Shown: piece by piece, positions 52,695 through 61,819 of the stretch | Layout: each line of letters starts with the position of its first letter | How positions within the stretch are numbered: the first letter of the stretch is position 1 | NCBI GenBank assembly: GCA_938088195.1 | Contig: CALKEO010000001.1 | Span: 16,716-80,715, forward strand | Reading direction: 5' to 3' | DNA length: 64,000 nt | Origin: an uncultured Flavobacteriaceae bacterium | GTDB taxonomy: Bacteria > Bacteroidota > Bacteroidia > Flavobacteriales > Flavobacteriaceae | The notes under the pieces: generated by a model | The model's database searches: none | What the model was told of the DNA's origin: nothing | Seen by the model: the letters and a program-made list of their open reading frames with translations, nothing else | Made by a program: the position numbers and the translations under genes

Positions 52695-53333
52695 ATGTCA
52701 AAAGATTTAAGTGGATATAGAGGTAGGTATCTTAAGGGAGAGTTAAATGAAAATGATTTACCTGATAATCCACTTATTTTATTTTCTAAATGGTTTGATG
52801 AGATTGAAAAATTTGGAACAGAAATTGAACCAAATGCAATGTCATTATCTACTGTGAGTTCTGATTATTTACCTTTAACTAGAATCGTATTGTTGAAAAA
52901 GTTTTCAGAGTCTGGTTTTATTTTTTTTACTAATTATAACAGTAGAAAAGGTAAAAACATTTCAGTAAATTCAAACGTATGTTTATCATTTTATTGGCCT
53001 TCAATGGAAAGGCAAGTTATTATTCAAGGTTTAACTCATAAAATCAGCGAACATGATTCTATTGAGTACTTCAATTCTAGGCCAAAAAGTAGTAGAGTAG
53101 GTGCTATTATTTCTAATCAAAGTGAAGTTATTCCCTCCAGAAATTATATTGATAAAAAATTAAATAATTTTATATCAAATAACAAAGAATTAATAAAACC
53201 CAAAAATTGGGGCGGCTTTAATGTTGTTCCAAGTTCTATTGAGTTCTGGCAAGGGAGAGACAATCGTTTACATGACAGAATTATTTTTTTTAATGAAAAT
53301 AAAAAATGGGTGAACAAGAGATTGTCACCATGA
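52695..53333 (+). CDS. pdxH: Pyridoxamine 5'-phosphate oxidase
   Basis: 212 aa. C-terminal IEFWQGRDNRLHDRI...RLSP signature. Confidence 0.94.
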   Translation: MSKDLSGYRGRYLKGELNENDLPDNPLILFSKWFDEIEKFGTEIEPNAMSLSTVSSDYLPLTRIVLLKKFSESGFIFFTNYNSRKGKNISVNSNVCLSFYWPSMERQVIIQGLTHKISEHDSIEYFNSRPKSSRVGAIISNQSEVIPSRNYIDKKLNNFISNNKELIKPKNWGGFNVVPSSIEFWQGRDNRLHDRIIFFNENKKWVNKRLSP

Positions 53334-53815
53334 AAAAAATAATTTTAATTAGACATGCTAAATCCACTTGGGAACATAACGTAAGTGACATTAAAAGACC
53401 GATTTCGAAAAGAGGTTTTGATGATGCAGTTTTAATGGTTCAAATATTAAACAATTTATTAATTGACCTGGATGCTATCTATTCAAGTGATTCATTAAGA
53501 GCTTTAGAAACTGCTAAAATCTTTTCAGATAATTTAATTAATTATAAGAAACTCAAGGTCACTAAGTCACCTAATTTGTATGATTTTTTTGGAGACCACG
53601 TTGATTTGTTTATTAAAAATTTAAATAATAAACTTAAGACAGTTATAATTTTTTCTCATAATAATTCTTGTAATAATTTATTGGCTAAATATTCTGATAT
53701 TGTCAATATTCATGTTCCCACGACAGGGATTTTGATTTTTGAATTTGATGTATCTTTGTGGAAAGATGTAAAAAAAGGAAAGTGTAATTATTTTTTTCCA
53801 AAGAATTTTAAATGA
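53330..53815 (+). CDS. Histidine phosphatase superfamily protein (SixA-like)
   Basis: 161 aa from the ATG at 53330 (ATGA overlap with the pdxH stop). LIRHAKS (RHG-type motif) and FSHNN (second catalytic His). Confidence 0.8.
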   Translation: MKKIILIRHAKSTWEHNVSDIKRPISKRGFDDAVLMVQILNNLLIDLDAIYSSDSLRALETAKIFSDNLINYKKLKVTKSPNLYDFFGDHVDLFIKNLNNKLKTVIIFSHNNSCNNLLAKYSDIVNIHVPTTGILIFEFDVSLWKDVKKGKCNYFFPKNFK

Positions 53816-55866
53816 TAAGTCAAAAAAATATATTTATTAACCGAGAATTAAGTTGGCTTGAGTTTAATGAACGAGTTTTATCTGAGGCCGATAATCCATC
53901 AGTTCCCCTTATTGAGAGAATTAGGTTTCTTGGCATTTTTTCTAATAACCTAGATGAGTTTTTTAGGGTTAGATATGCTACTGTCAAAAGAATAGCTGTT
54001 AGTTCAAATTCCGGAAAAAGACTTTATAAAGATAGAACTGCGAAAGAACTATTGAATGATATCACACTCAAATCTACTTCTCTTCAACAGAAAAGTTTTA
54101 AAATTTTAAACTCAATTATTACCCTTCTAGAAAAAAAAAGTATTTTTTTTTTAAACGAAACCTCTATTGAATCTAGTCATAAAAGTTTTATAAGTAACTA
54201 TTTTTTTGAGTACATAAGCCCATCAATTGATGTAATTATCTTAGATTCTAAGAAAAAATTTCCAAAATTTAAAGAAAACCTTTCTTTTTTAATTGTTAGA
54301 ATGGTATTACTTAACGGTGAAATACAATATGCTATTATTAGAATTCCCAAAACTTTAAATCGCTTTGTTAAACTTCCAAGTAAAAAATCTATAAAACAAA
54401 TAATTATCATAGATGATATCATAAGACTTCATTTGAAAGATATTTTTAAAATTTTCAATCCTATAACTATTAATGCTTTTATGGTCAAAACAAGTAGAGA
54501 TGCAGAACTGGATTTTGATGATGATATTTCAAAAAGTTTTTTGGATAAAATTGCTCAAAGTGTAAAAGAAAGATCTAGTGCTGACCCAGTAAGATTTGTT
54601 TATGACAGTAAGATTAATGATGATACTTTGGAATTTTTAACTAAAAAAATGGGTATAAATTTAGATATTGACAGTATTATACCAGGTGGGAAATATCACA
54701 ACCGACGTGATTATATGGATTTTCCAAATTTAGATGATAAGTTGGTTTATAAGCCTTTTTCTCCCCTAAATATCTCTAATTTTAGCCACAGTGATAATAC
54801 TTTTAACAAACTGAAGGAACGTGATTTTTTAATACATACACCATACATAAAGTTTTCATATATAATCAGTTTATTAATGAAGTCTTCAATTGACCCTAAA
54901 GTAAAGAAGATATCAATTACTATCTACAGATTATCCAAATTATCTAAAATTGCAAGTGCTTTAATTAATGCCGCTAGAAATGGGAAGAAGGTTATAGTAC
55001 AGATCGAATTACAGGCAAGATTTGATGAATCAGCTAATATAAAGTACGCTAAAGATATGCAATCGAATGGGGTAAAATTAATTTTTGGATCTCCAAATTT
55101 AAAGGTTCATAGTAAAATATGTTTGATTGAAAGAATTGAAAGTAATTCTATAAAAAAGTATGGATTTATTAGTACTGGAAATTTTAATGAATCTACAGCT
55201 AAAATTTATACAGATTTAACTCTTTTTACATCCAATGAAGAAATATTAAATGAAGTTTCAGATGTTTTTAAGTTTTTTACAGCAAATTATAAAAAATACA
55301 ATTTTAAAAATATTTTTGTTTCCCCAGTAAATACTGAGTCAAGAATTAAAAAATTAATTCAAAATGAAATTTTAAATGCCAAAAGTGGTAAGTCTGCCTG
55401 GATAAAAATTAAAATTAATAATCTTACTAGTTACAGTTTAATAAAATCCCTTTATGATGCTAGTCGTTCTGGTGTTAAAATTAAAATGATTGTTAGAGGA
55501 ATTTGTTGTCTGGTTCCTGGATTAAAAAATATGAGTAGCAACATTGAAGTTATTAGTATAGTGGATAGATTTTTGGAGCACACTAGATTAATGATTTTTA
55601 ATAACAATGAAAACAACAAAGTTTTTATTTCATCGGCTGATTGGATGACTAGAAACTTAGACAATAGAGTTGAGGTAACATGTCCAATTCTTCAAGATGA
55701 TTTGAAAAAAGAAATAAATGATATTTTCGAAATATATTGGAAAGATAATCTTAAGTCGTCACTAGTTAACTGTGCTAATCAGTTAAGTCTCTCCGATTCA
55801 AAAAATAGTTTTAGATCTCAAGAAATGATTTATCAATATTATTTAAATAAAATTGAAAAAAATTAA
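53812..55866 (+). CDS. ppk1: Polyphosphate kinase 1
   Basis: 684 aa. N-terminal FINRELSWLEFNERVL and two PLD-like modules (KVHSKICLIE, RFLEHTR). ATGA overlap with the upstream gene. Confidence 0.95.
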   Translation: MISQKNIFINRELSWLEFNERVLSEADNPSVPLIERIRFLGIFSNNLDEFFRVRYATVKRIAVSSNSGKRLYKDRTAKELLNDITLKSTSLQQKSFKILNSIITLLEKKSIFFLNETSIESSHKSFISNYFFEYISPSIDVIILDSKKKFPKFKENLSFLIVRMVLLNGEIQYAIIRIPKTLNRFVKLPSKKSIKQIIIIDDIIRLHLKDIFKIFNPITINAFMVKTSRDAELDFDDDISKSFLDKIAQSVKERSSADPVRFVYDSKINDDTLEFLTKKMGINLDIDSIIPGGKYHNRRDYMDFPNLDDKLVYKPFSPLNISNFSHSDNTFNKLKERDFLIHTPYIKFSYIISLLMKSSIDPKVKKISITIYRLSKLSKIASALINAARNGKKVIVQIELQARFDESANIKYAKDMQSNGVKLIFGSPNLKVHSKICLIERIESNSIKKYGFISTGNFNESTAKIYTDLTLFTSNEEILNEVSDVFKFFTANYKKYNFKNIFVSPVNTESRIKKLIQNEILNAKSGKSAWIKIKINNLTSYSLIKSLYDASRSGVKIKMIVRGICCLVPGLKNMSSNIEVISIVDRFLEHTRLMIFNNNENNKVFISSADWMTRNLDNRVEVTCPILQDDLKKEINDIFEIYWKDNLKSSLVNCANQLSLSDSKNSFRSQEMIYQYYLNKIEKN

Positions 55867-56740
55867 AAAATTTGCAACAATAGACATTGGATCAAATGCT
55901 ATTAGATTATTAATTTCTAACGTTATTGTGAGAGATAATTTCCCTACTGAAACTACAAAAAATGCTTTGGTTCGAGTACCAATAAGATTGGGTCAAGATG
56001 CTTTTACGTCTGGAATAATTTCTGAAAAGAATATTTCTAGATTAATTGACAGTATGAAAGCATTTAAGTTATTAATGAAAGTTCATAAAGTGGAAAAATA
56101 TTTAGCTTATGCTACATCAGCACTAAGAAGTTCCAAAAATGGCTTAAATATTCTTAAGGAGATTAAATCTAAATCAGGTATTTCGATTAAAATTATTGAT
56201 GGTAAAAAAGAAGGTGCTTTGATAACAAATGATAAAATGTTCAATGAAATTGATGATTTAGAAATATTTTGTTTAATTGATGTTGGTGGTGGAAGTACAG
56301 AACTTACAATATTTAAAGGTGGTAAAATTTTAAAATCTAAATCATTTAAAATTGGAGGTGTGAGATTAATAAATGGACTTGTAACAAAAAAAACTTGGGA
56401 ATCTTTTAATTCTTGGATTAGTAATAATCTAATTGCTTATAAAAATATTAGAATCGTTGGTTTTGGTGGAAATATTAATAAGATTTATAAAATCTCAGGG
56501 GTTAAAATTGGTTCACCACTTCCAATAAAAAAACTTAATTCTGTTATTTCTAAATTAGAAAAGATGTCTGATCTAGATAAAACATTGATATTGAAACTTA
56601 ATCCTGATCGAATCGATGTAATTGTTCCAGCAGGAAAAATTTATCAGCTTTTATTAAATTCTATTGGTGTAAATCAAATTGAAGTTCCTAAAATTGGTTT
56701 GGCTGATGGAATGGTTTCAGAACTTTTAAATGGTTTATAG
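55853..56740 (+). CDS. ppx: Exopolyphosphatase (Ppx/GppA family)
   Basis: 295 aa with a TTG start inside the ppk1 3' end. ATIDIGSNAIRLLI and DVGGGSTE ASKHA motifs. Confidence 0.88.
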   Translation: MKKIKKFATIDIGSNAIRLLISNVIVRDNFPTETTKNALVRVPIRLGQDAFTSGIISEKNISRLIDSMKAFKLLMKVHKVEKYLAYATSALRSSKNGLNILKEIKSKSGISIKIIDGKKEGALITNDKMFNEIDDLEIFCLIDVGGGSTELTIFKGGKILKSKSFKIGGVRLINGLVTKKTWESFNSWISNNLIAYKNIRIVGFGGNINKIYKISGVKIGSPLPIKKLNSVISKLEKMSDLDKTLILKLNPDRIDVIVPAGKIYQLLLNSIGVNQIEVPKIGLADGMVSELLNGL

Positions 56741-58411
56741 TCCCAACTTAAATTCTTTACGCATTTTTTCTATGCTATTATTAATGGATTTAAGTTTTTC
56801 AAATTTTTCCATCGGAGAATATATAAATTTCTTTTCTTTTTCTTTATTGACATTTATAAAGAGTTCAATTTTATTGTTTTTAAGTCTCTCTTTTAAAAAA
56901 CTAACTAATCCAAATTTATTTTTTTCTAACTCAATTTTATTTGTATTGTTTGATAAAGTAAAATGAATTTCACTTTTATTTTTAATTTTAGGTTGATCTA
57001 TTTGTAAAATACTAGCAAGATTTTTCTTTCCATTTTTCAATAAATTTGTATAATAAACCTTCCACTCTCTTTCCAAATCTTCCGCATTAAACAATTCTTT
57101 TAAGTTTTCTAATTCCTTTGATTGTTTTTCTGTTTTTTTCTTTTTTTCAATATCTTTTTTAATTTTTAAACTCGATATTGACAATCCTGAGATTATTTTT
57201 TCTTTATCTGATTTTATAGTAATTTCTTCAAACTTTTCTTCTTTTTTTGAATGATTGGTTGGAAGTTCTGAGTCAATTTGATTGTCGTTATTTTTTTGTG
57301 GACTTGACTCTTTTTTCTCAATTATGCTACTAGGAAGTATAATTATTTTTTTTTTTAATTCAATTTGAGATATTGAGCATAATTTCATTAAGCATATTTC
57401 TACTAATAGCCGTTGATTTTTACTTGATTTATATCGATAACTACATTCTTGAGTTAAATCAATAGCTTTTAAAATAAAATCGATAGGCTTTATTTTAGAT
57501 TGTTCAACATATTTTTTTGATAATGTATCGTTTTGTCGAAGTAAAATTTGCGTAGAGGAATTTTTAGCAACCATTAAATCTCTTAAGTGTGTTGAAAATC
57601 CATCTATATAATGTTGTCCATCAAATCCTTTTTCAATTACCTCATTTAACAGTAAAAGAACATTTGTAATGTCATTTTTAATTAGATATTCATAAGTTTG
57701 GAAATAGGTATCATAGTCTAAAATATTTAGATTTTCGAAGGCTAATTGTTTAGTGATATTTCCTTCTGTGAAATTTACAAGTCTATCAAAAATTGATAAG
57801 GCATCTCTCAAAGCACCATCACTTTTTTTAGCAATCAAATGCAAAGCTTCTTCTTCATATTTTATTTTTTCTACTTTCGCAATTTTTTCTAGATAAACTT
57901 TGATATCATCCGCACTAATTTTTTTAAAATCATAAATTTGACATCTAGATAAAATGGTTGGTATGACTTTGTGTTTTTCAGTCGTGGCTAATATAAAAAT
58001 AGCATAGTTTGGAGGTTCTTCTAAAGTTTTTAAAAAAGCATTAAAAGCTTGACCAGACAACATGTGAACTTCATCAATGATATAGACTTTATATTTTCCT
58101 GATTGTGGCGGAATACGAACCTGATCGATTAAATTTCTAATATCATCAACACCATTATTCGAAGCGGCATCTAATTCAAAAATATTAAAAGAAAAGTCAT
58201 TTGATTCATCTTCTTTTTTATTTATTTTTTTGGCTAGTATTCTCGCGCAAGTTGTTTTTCCCACCCCCCTTGGACCACAAAACAATAACGCCTGAGGAAG
58301 TTGATTTTGTTTAATTGCGTTTTCTAAAGTATTTGTTATTGAGCTTTGACCAATAACATTATCAAAACTATTTGGTCTGAATTTAAGTGCTGAAACAACA
58401 AAATTATTCAT
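56735..58411 (-). CDS. dnaX: DNA polymerase III subunit tau (gamma/tau)
   Basis: 558 aa. GPRGVGKTT, DEVHMLS, SRCQ. Lys/Glu-rich C-terminal half. Confidence 0.95.
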   Translation of the reverse strand: MNNFVVSALKFRPNSFDNVIGQSSITNTLENAIKQNQLPQALLFCGPRGVGKTTCARILAKKINKKEDESNDFSFNIFELDAASNNGVDDIRNLIDQVRIPPQSGKYKVYIIDEVHMLSGQAFNAFLKTLEEPPNYAIFILATTEKHKVIPTILSRCQIYDFKKISADDIKVYLEKIAKVEKIKYEEEALHLIAKKSDGALRDALSIFDRLVNFTEGNITKQLAFENLNILDYDTYFQTYEYLIKNDITNVLLLLNEVIEKGFDGQHYIDGFSTHLRDLMVAKNSSTQILLRQNDTLSKKYVEQSKIKPIDFILKAIDLTQECSYRYKSSKNQRLLVEICLMKLCSISQIELKKKIIILPSSIIEKKESSPQKNNDNQIDSELPTNHSKKEEKFEEITIKSDKEKIISGLSISSLKIKKDIEKKKKTEKQSKELENLKELFNAEDLEREWKVYYTNLLKNGKKNLASILQIDQPKIKNKSEIHFTLSNNTNKIELEKNKFGLVSFLKERLKNNKIELFINVNKEKEKKFIYSPMEKFEKLKSINNSIEKMRKEFKLGL

Positions 58412-58492
58412 TAGACAAATATAAAAATAAGACCTTTAATTTATTAATATAATTAATTAAATAAAATTTTTTATCAACAGTTATTTTTAGTA

Positions 58493-58500
58493 TACTTTTG
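58493..58500 (+). promoter_or_regulatory. Candidate -7 promoter box for rnpB
   Basis: TACTTTTG matches the Bacteroidota TAnnTTTG consensus. It ends 3 nt before the inferred P1 5' strand at 58504. Confidence 0.45.
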
Positions 58501-58503
58501 CCT

Positions 58504-58789
58504 AGCAGGCCACCTTATCGCTTTTGTTTTTCAAAAGAGGAAAGTCCGGACACCAAAGAGCATTATAGCGGGTAACACCCGTCACTATGAAAATAGAGGA
58601 CTAGTGCAACAGAAAGAATGTACAGTTAGGCTGTAGTGAAATCATGTAAACTCTATAAGGTGAAACGTCACGTAGACCAACGCTAGAGAACTGCTCGTTC
58701 AATGTTGGAGGGTGGGCGGTTTGAGCAAAATAGTAATATTTTGTCTAGATAAATGATAGGGCACGACAGAATCCGGCTTATGGCCTGCT
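58504..58789 (+). ncRNA. rnpB: RNase P RNA, bacterial type A, reduced (about 286 nt)
   Basis: Universally conserved P4 strands GAGGAAAGTCCGGAC and ACAGAATCCGGCTTA. AGTGCAACAGAAAG, GGTAACACCC and TAGATAAATGA blocks. The ends pair as P1 (agcaggcc / ggcctgct). This is the GC-richest patch in an AT-rich gap. Confidence 0.92.
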
Positions 58790-58793
58790 TTTT

Positions 58794-59399
58794 TTATTTT
58801 AAATAATCTAAACTATTTGGACCTTCATTAAAAATAAGATCTAAAATACTAAGGTTGTTTTTAAAACCATATTTATAAGAAAACACCTGAATATATTTTT
58901 TTAATTCAACCAAATCAATAAATTTTTTGTCAGACTTATGTCTTAAATCTATTTTATTTTCATATTTTTTTACATATGATTCTGTAAAATTCAATTTAAA
59001 TTCTATTTCTAACCATTCACAAATTAATTTAATACCATCAAAATTAAACTCAGAAAGTTTATTGTATTTATTTGAATATAAACTTTTAAGAGAATTTTCG
59101 TAATATTCAAAAAAAGGAGAAGATTTATACGAAAACACAATAGATTTCCAGTGATCTTTTTGCCATTGAAAATCATTTTGAATTTGAGCTTCTTCTAATG
59201 TAAAACTATTTTTCGAGTGCTTTACAGGAATAATTAATTTTAAAACTTTATTGGGACCGTATATATATGTTCTGTTTCTAATTGTTTGCTTTGTGAAATT
59301 TTGATTTAAATCCCAGATTATATTTCCATTAACAATGTCTCTCCAATGAGAAATAGGTGCAAAATATGAGGGTATCATGACCTTAAAAGTTTCTTTCAA
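58794..59399 (-). CDS. WbqC-family protein
   Basis: 201 aa. N-terminal IPSYFAPISHW...RNRTYIYGPN pattern typical of WbqC-like proteins. 4-nt overlap with lepB. Confidence 0.72.
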   Translation of the reverse strand: MKETFKVMIPSYFAPISHWRDIVNGNIIWDLNQNFTKQTIRNRTYIYGPNKVLKLIIPVKHSKNSFTLEEAQIQNDFQWQKDHWKSIVFSYKSSPFFEYYENSLKSLYSNKYNKLSEFNFDGIKLICEWLEIEFKLNFTESYVKKYENKIDLRHKSDKKFIDLVELKKYIQVFSYKYGFKNNLSILDLIFNEGPNSLDYLK

Positions 59400-61102
59400 A
59401 ACTTATTTGGCTGTTTTTTTGTTCTTTTTTTGTATTCAGAATACCCCAGTACGCTTAATATTCCGAAAAGAAAATACCATCTGTATGATTTTGGCTCTCC
59501 TTCTAAATTCACAGTAGTAAAAACTCTTTGCCATCTTATTTTCCAATTTTTAAAACCATCATTAATTCCCTCAATACTCATCCATATGAATACCGGTTTA
59601 CCCACGATATGATCTTCAGGAACAAACCCCCAAGATCTACTGTCTTCTGATCTGTAGCGATTATCTCCCATCATCCAATAGTAATCTTGTTTAAAAGTAT
59701 ATTCTTTGGTACTTATTCCATTAATTTTAATTTCATTGTCTAAAAGAGTAAGTTCATTTTTTTCATATTCTCTTATTATTTTTTTATATAATGGTAAATT
59801 ATTTGAATTTAATTTAACCTTAGATCCTTTTTTTGGTAAAACAATAGGCCCAAAATTATCTTCGTTCCAATTATATTTTATATCATTTGGAAAGAATGAT
59901 GTATTATAAGATTTGAATTTTTTAAATGTTCTAACTAGGCTATCGGTTAAATTACTATTTCTAACAATTGTTGCTTCCTCTTTTGTGAGTAACAAATCTC
60001 TGCTGTAGTCAGTAAGTTCTGTTAAAACAATTCTGTTTTTTAATCTTATTTCATAAGGAATACCCTTTGAGCCAGTCAAAACAGTGAAATTATCGGGATT
60101 ATTGTCAAGAATACCCTTTATGTAGGGCTGAATTTGAGTATATTTTTGTTGAGTGATCTCTGAAATTTTAAACTTCCTTTCAATATCAATACCTAGCTTT
60201 ATCAGTTTAGATACCGAAACACCTTTATTGTTATATGCTGTGTATGAATAAATAGGTTTTGCTCTAAACGGCATTTGGCTTATTTTGCCATTAATATGAA
60301 CTAATCCATTTATTATTTCAAGAGTATCAGAGGGGATAGCCACGCATCTTTTAACATAATTTGATTTTTTGTCGATAGGTTTTTTTACTCCTTTTTCTTT
60401 GACAAAAAATTTTCGAACAGTATCTGCAGGCCAACTAAATGTAACTATTTCATTTCTCTTTATTTTTTCAAACCCTGGAAGTCTTAAATATGGAATTTGT
60501 GGTTTATTTAAATAGGATCTAATCCCAGTTCCAACGATAGTATCGTGAACCATAGGAAAAGAAACTGCTGTTTGGGGGACTCTAGCACCGTAATGGAATT
60601 TACTCACAAATAAAAAATCTCCTACTAATAATGTTTTTTCTAAAGAACCTGTAGGAATTATGTAGGGCTGAATAAAATAAGTGTGAACTATTGTTGCTAA
60701 TATCACAGCAAAAATTATTGAACTAATCCATTCTCCAAGCGCTGTTTTAGAACTTACATCCCTTCCTGAAATGTATTTAATATTTTTTGAATAATTAATA
60801 GAAAATAGAAAGAAACCTAAAGTTATTATACTAAGTACTAGTTCAGTGGTAGAGTTTTTTCCAAAAGTTTTACTGGTTTCGACCCAAATAACAGGTAAAA
60901 TAAGTAAATTTACAACAGGAATTAAAAGTAAAATTACCCACCACCAAGGCCTATTAATAATTTTCATTAAAACCAAGGCATTATAAAATGGAATAAATGA
61001 AATTAATGGCTTATAACCAGCTGATTTATATAATTTCCATGTACCAAGCCCATGAATAAGTTGAATGATTAAAAAAAAGATAAGCCATTGGAATATTGTC
61101 AT
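59396..61102 (-). CDS. lepB: Signal peptidase I (long Bacteroidota form with an extra N-terminal membrane module)
   Basis: 568 aa. Catalytic Ser region IPTGSLEKTLLVGDFLFVSK, Lys box YVKRCVAIPSD, GDNRYRSEDSR. The first 110 aa or so are polytopic (KLYKSAGYKPLISFIPFYN). Confidence 0.9.
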   Translation of the reverse strand: MTIFQWLIFFLIIQLIHGLGTWKLYKSAGYKPLISFIPFYNALVLMKIINRPWWWVILLLIPVVNLLILPVIWVETSKTFGKNSTTELVLSIITLGFFLFSINYSKNIKYISGRDVSSKTALGEWISSIIFAVILATIVHTYFIQPYIIPTGSLEKTLLVGDFLFVSKFHYGARVPQTAVSFPMVHDTIVGTGIRSYLNKPQIPYLRLPGFEKIKRNEIVTFSWPADTVRKFFVKEKGVKKPIDKKSNYVKRCVAIPSDTLEIINGLVHINGKISQMPFRAKPIYSYTAYNNKGVSVSKLIKLGIDIERKFKISEITQQKYTQIQPYIKGILDNNPDNFTVLTGSKGIPYEIRLKNRIVLTELTDYSRDLLLTKEEATIVRNSNLTDSLVRTFKKFKSYNTSFFPNDIKYNWNEDNFGPIVLPKKGSKVKLNSNNLPLYKKIIREYEKNELTLLDNEIKINGISTKEYTFKQDYYWMMGDNRYRSEDSRSWGFVPEDHIVGKPVFIWMSIEGINDGFKNWKIRWQRVFTTVNLEGEPKSYRWYFLFGILSVLGYSEYKKRTKKQPNKF

Positions 61103-61104
61103 AA

Positions 61105-61815
61105 TTAGAATTTAAAATTAGAATCACTTATTACATCACTCATTTTAAAAATTCCTTTTTTATTTATTATCCATTCTGCAGCTAAAACCGCTCCCAAGGC
61201 AAATCCTTTTCTGTTATTAGCCGTGTGTTTTATTTCAATGGAATCAATTTCTGAAAAATAATTTACAATGTGTGTTCCAGGAACTTTATCAATTCTTTTT
61301 GAATCAATATTGATTGTATTCTTCTTATCATCCATTGTCCACCTATCATAATTTCCATTTTGAATTATATCTTCGGCTAGTGATATGGCAGTTCCACTTG
61401 GTTTATCAATTTTTTGGGTATGGTGAATTTCTTCGATTTTTAAATTATATTGATTATATTTTTTCATTATTTCCGCAAGCTTATTATTTAATTCAAAAAA
61501 TAAATTAACACCTAAACTAAAATTAGATGAGTAAAGGAAACTTGTGTTTTTTTCTTGGGACAATTCTTTAATTTTATTAAAATCAGAAAGCCATCCAGTG
61601 GTTCCACTTACAACTGGCACAGAACTTTTTAGTCCAAGCGTAATATTTTGTACTGCAGTTTCAGGTGTTGAAAAATTAATTGCTACATCAGCATTGTAAA
61701 TATTTTCAACTTGAGATTCTTTATCAATTTTATATATTACCTCATGTCCCCTTTGTAAGGAAATTTTTTCAATTTCTTTTCCCATCTTTCCATATCCTAA
61801 AATTGCTACTTTCAT
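61105..61815 (-). CDS. dapB: 4-hydroxy-tetrahydrodipicolinate reductase
   Basis: 236 aa. AILGYGKMGKE and EIHHTQKIDKPSGTA. Confidence 0.93.
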   Translation of the reverse strand: MKVAILGYGKMGKEIEKISLQRGHEVIYKIDKESQVENIYNADVAINFSTPETAVQNITLGLKSSVPVVSGTTGWLSDFNKIKELSQEKNTSFLYSSNFSLGVNLFFELNNKLAEIMKKYNQYNLKIEEIHHTQKIDKPSGTAISLAEDIIQNGNYDRWTMDDKKNTINIDSKRIDKVPGTHIVNYFSEIDSIEIKHTANNRKGFALGAVLAAEWIINKKGIFKMSDVISDSNFKF

Positions 61816-61819
61816 TTAT

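Noticed and set aside
56730-56966. 78-aa plus-strand ORF continuing from the ppx end into dnaX
   Set aside because: It is the antisense of the Lys/Glu-rich dnaX C-terminus (Phe/Leu/Ser-rich), with no start context or motif. The other short tracked ORFs are rejected on the same logic (3993-4178, 4287-4523, 6748-6939, 7577-7807, 9445-9627, 9773-10021, 13109-13291, 16146-16349, 16602-16787, 21255-21440, 26339-26521, 38126-38308, 40343-40540, 43732-43962, 44345-44572, 50614-50823, 54198-54422, 55452-55664, 59430-59612, 59706-59909, 61314-61508).
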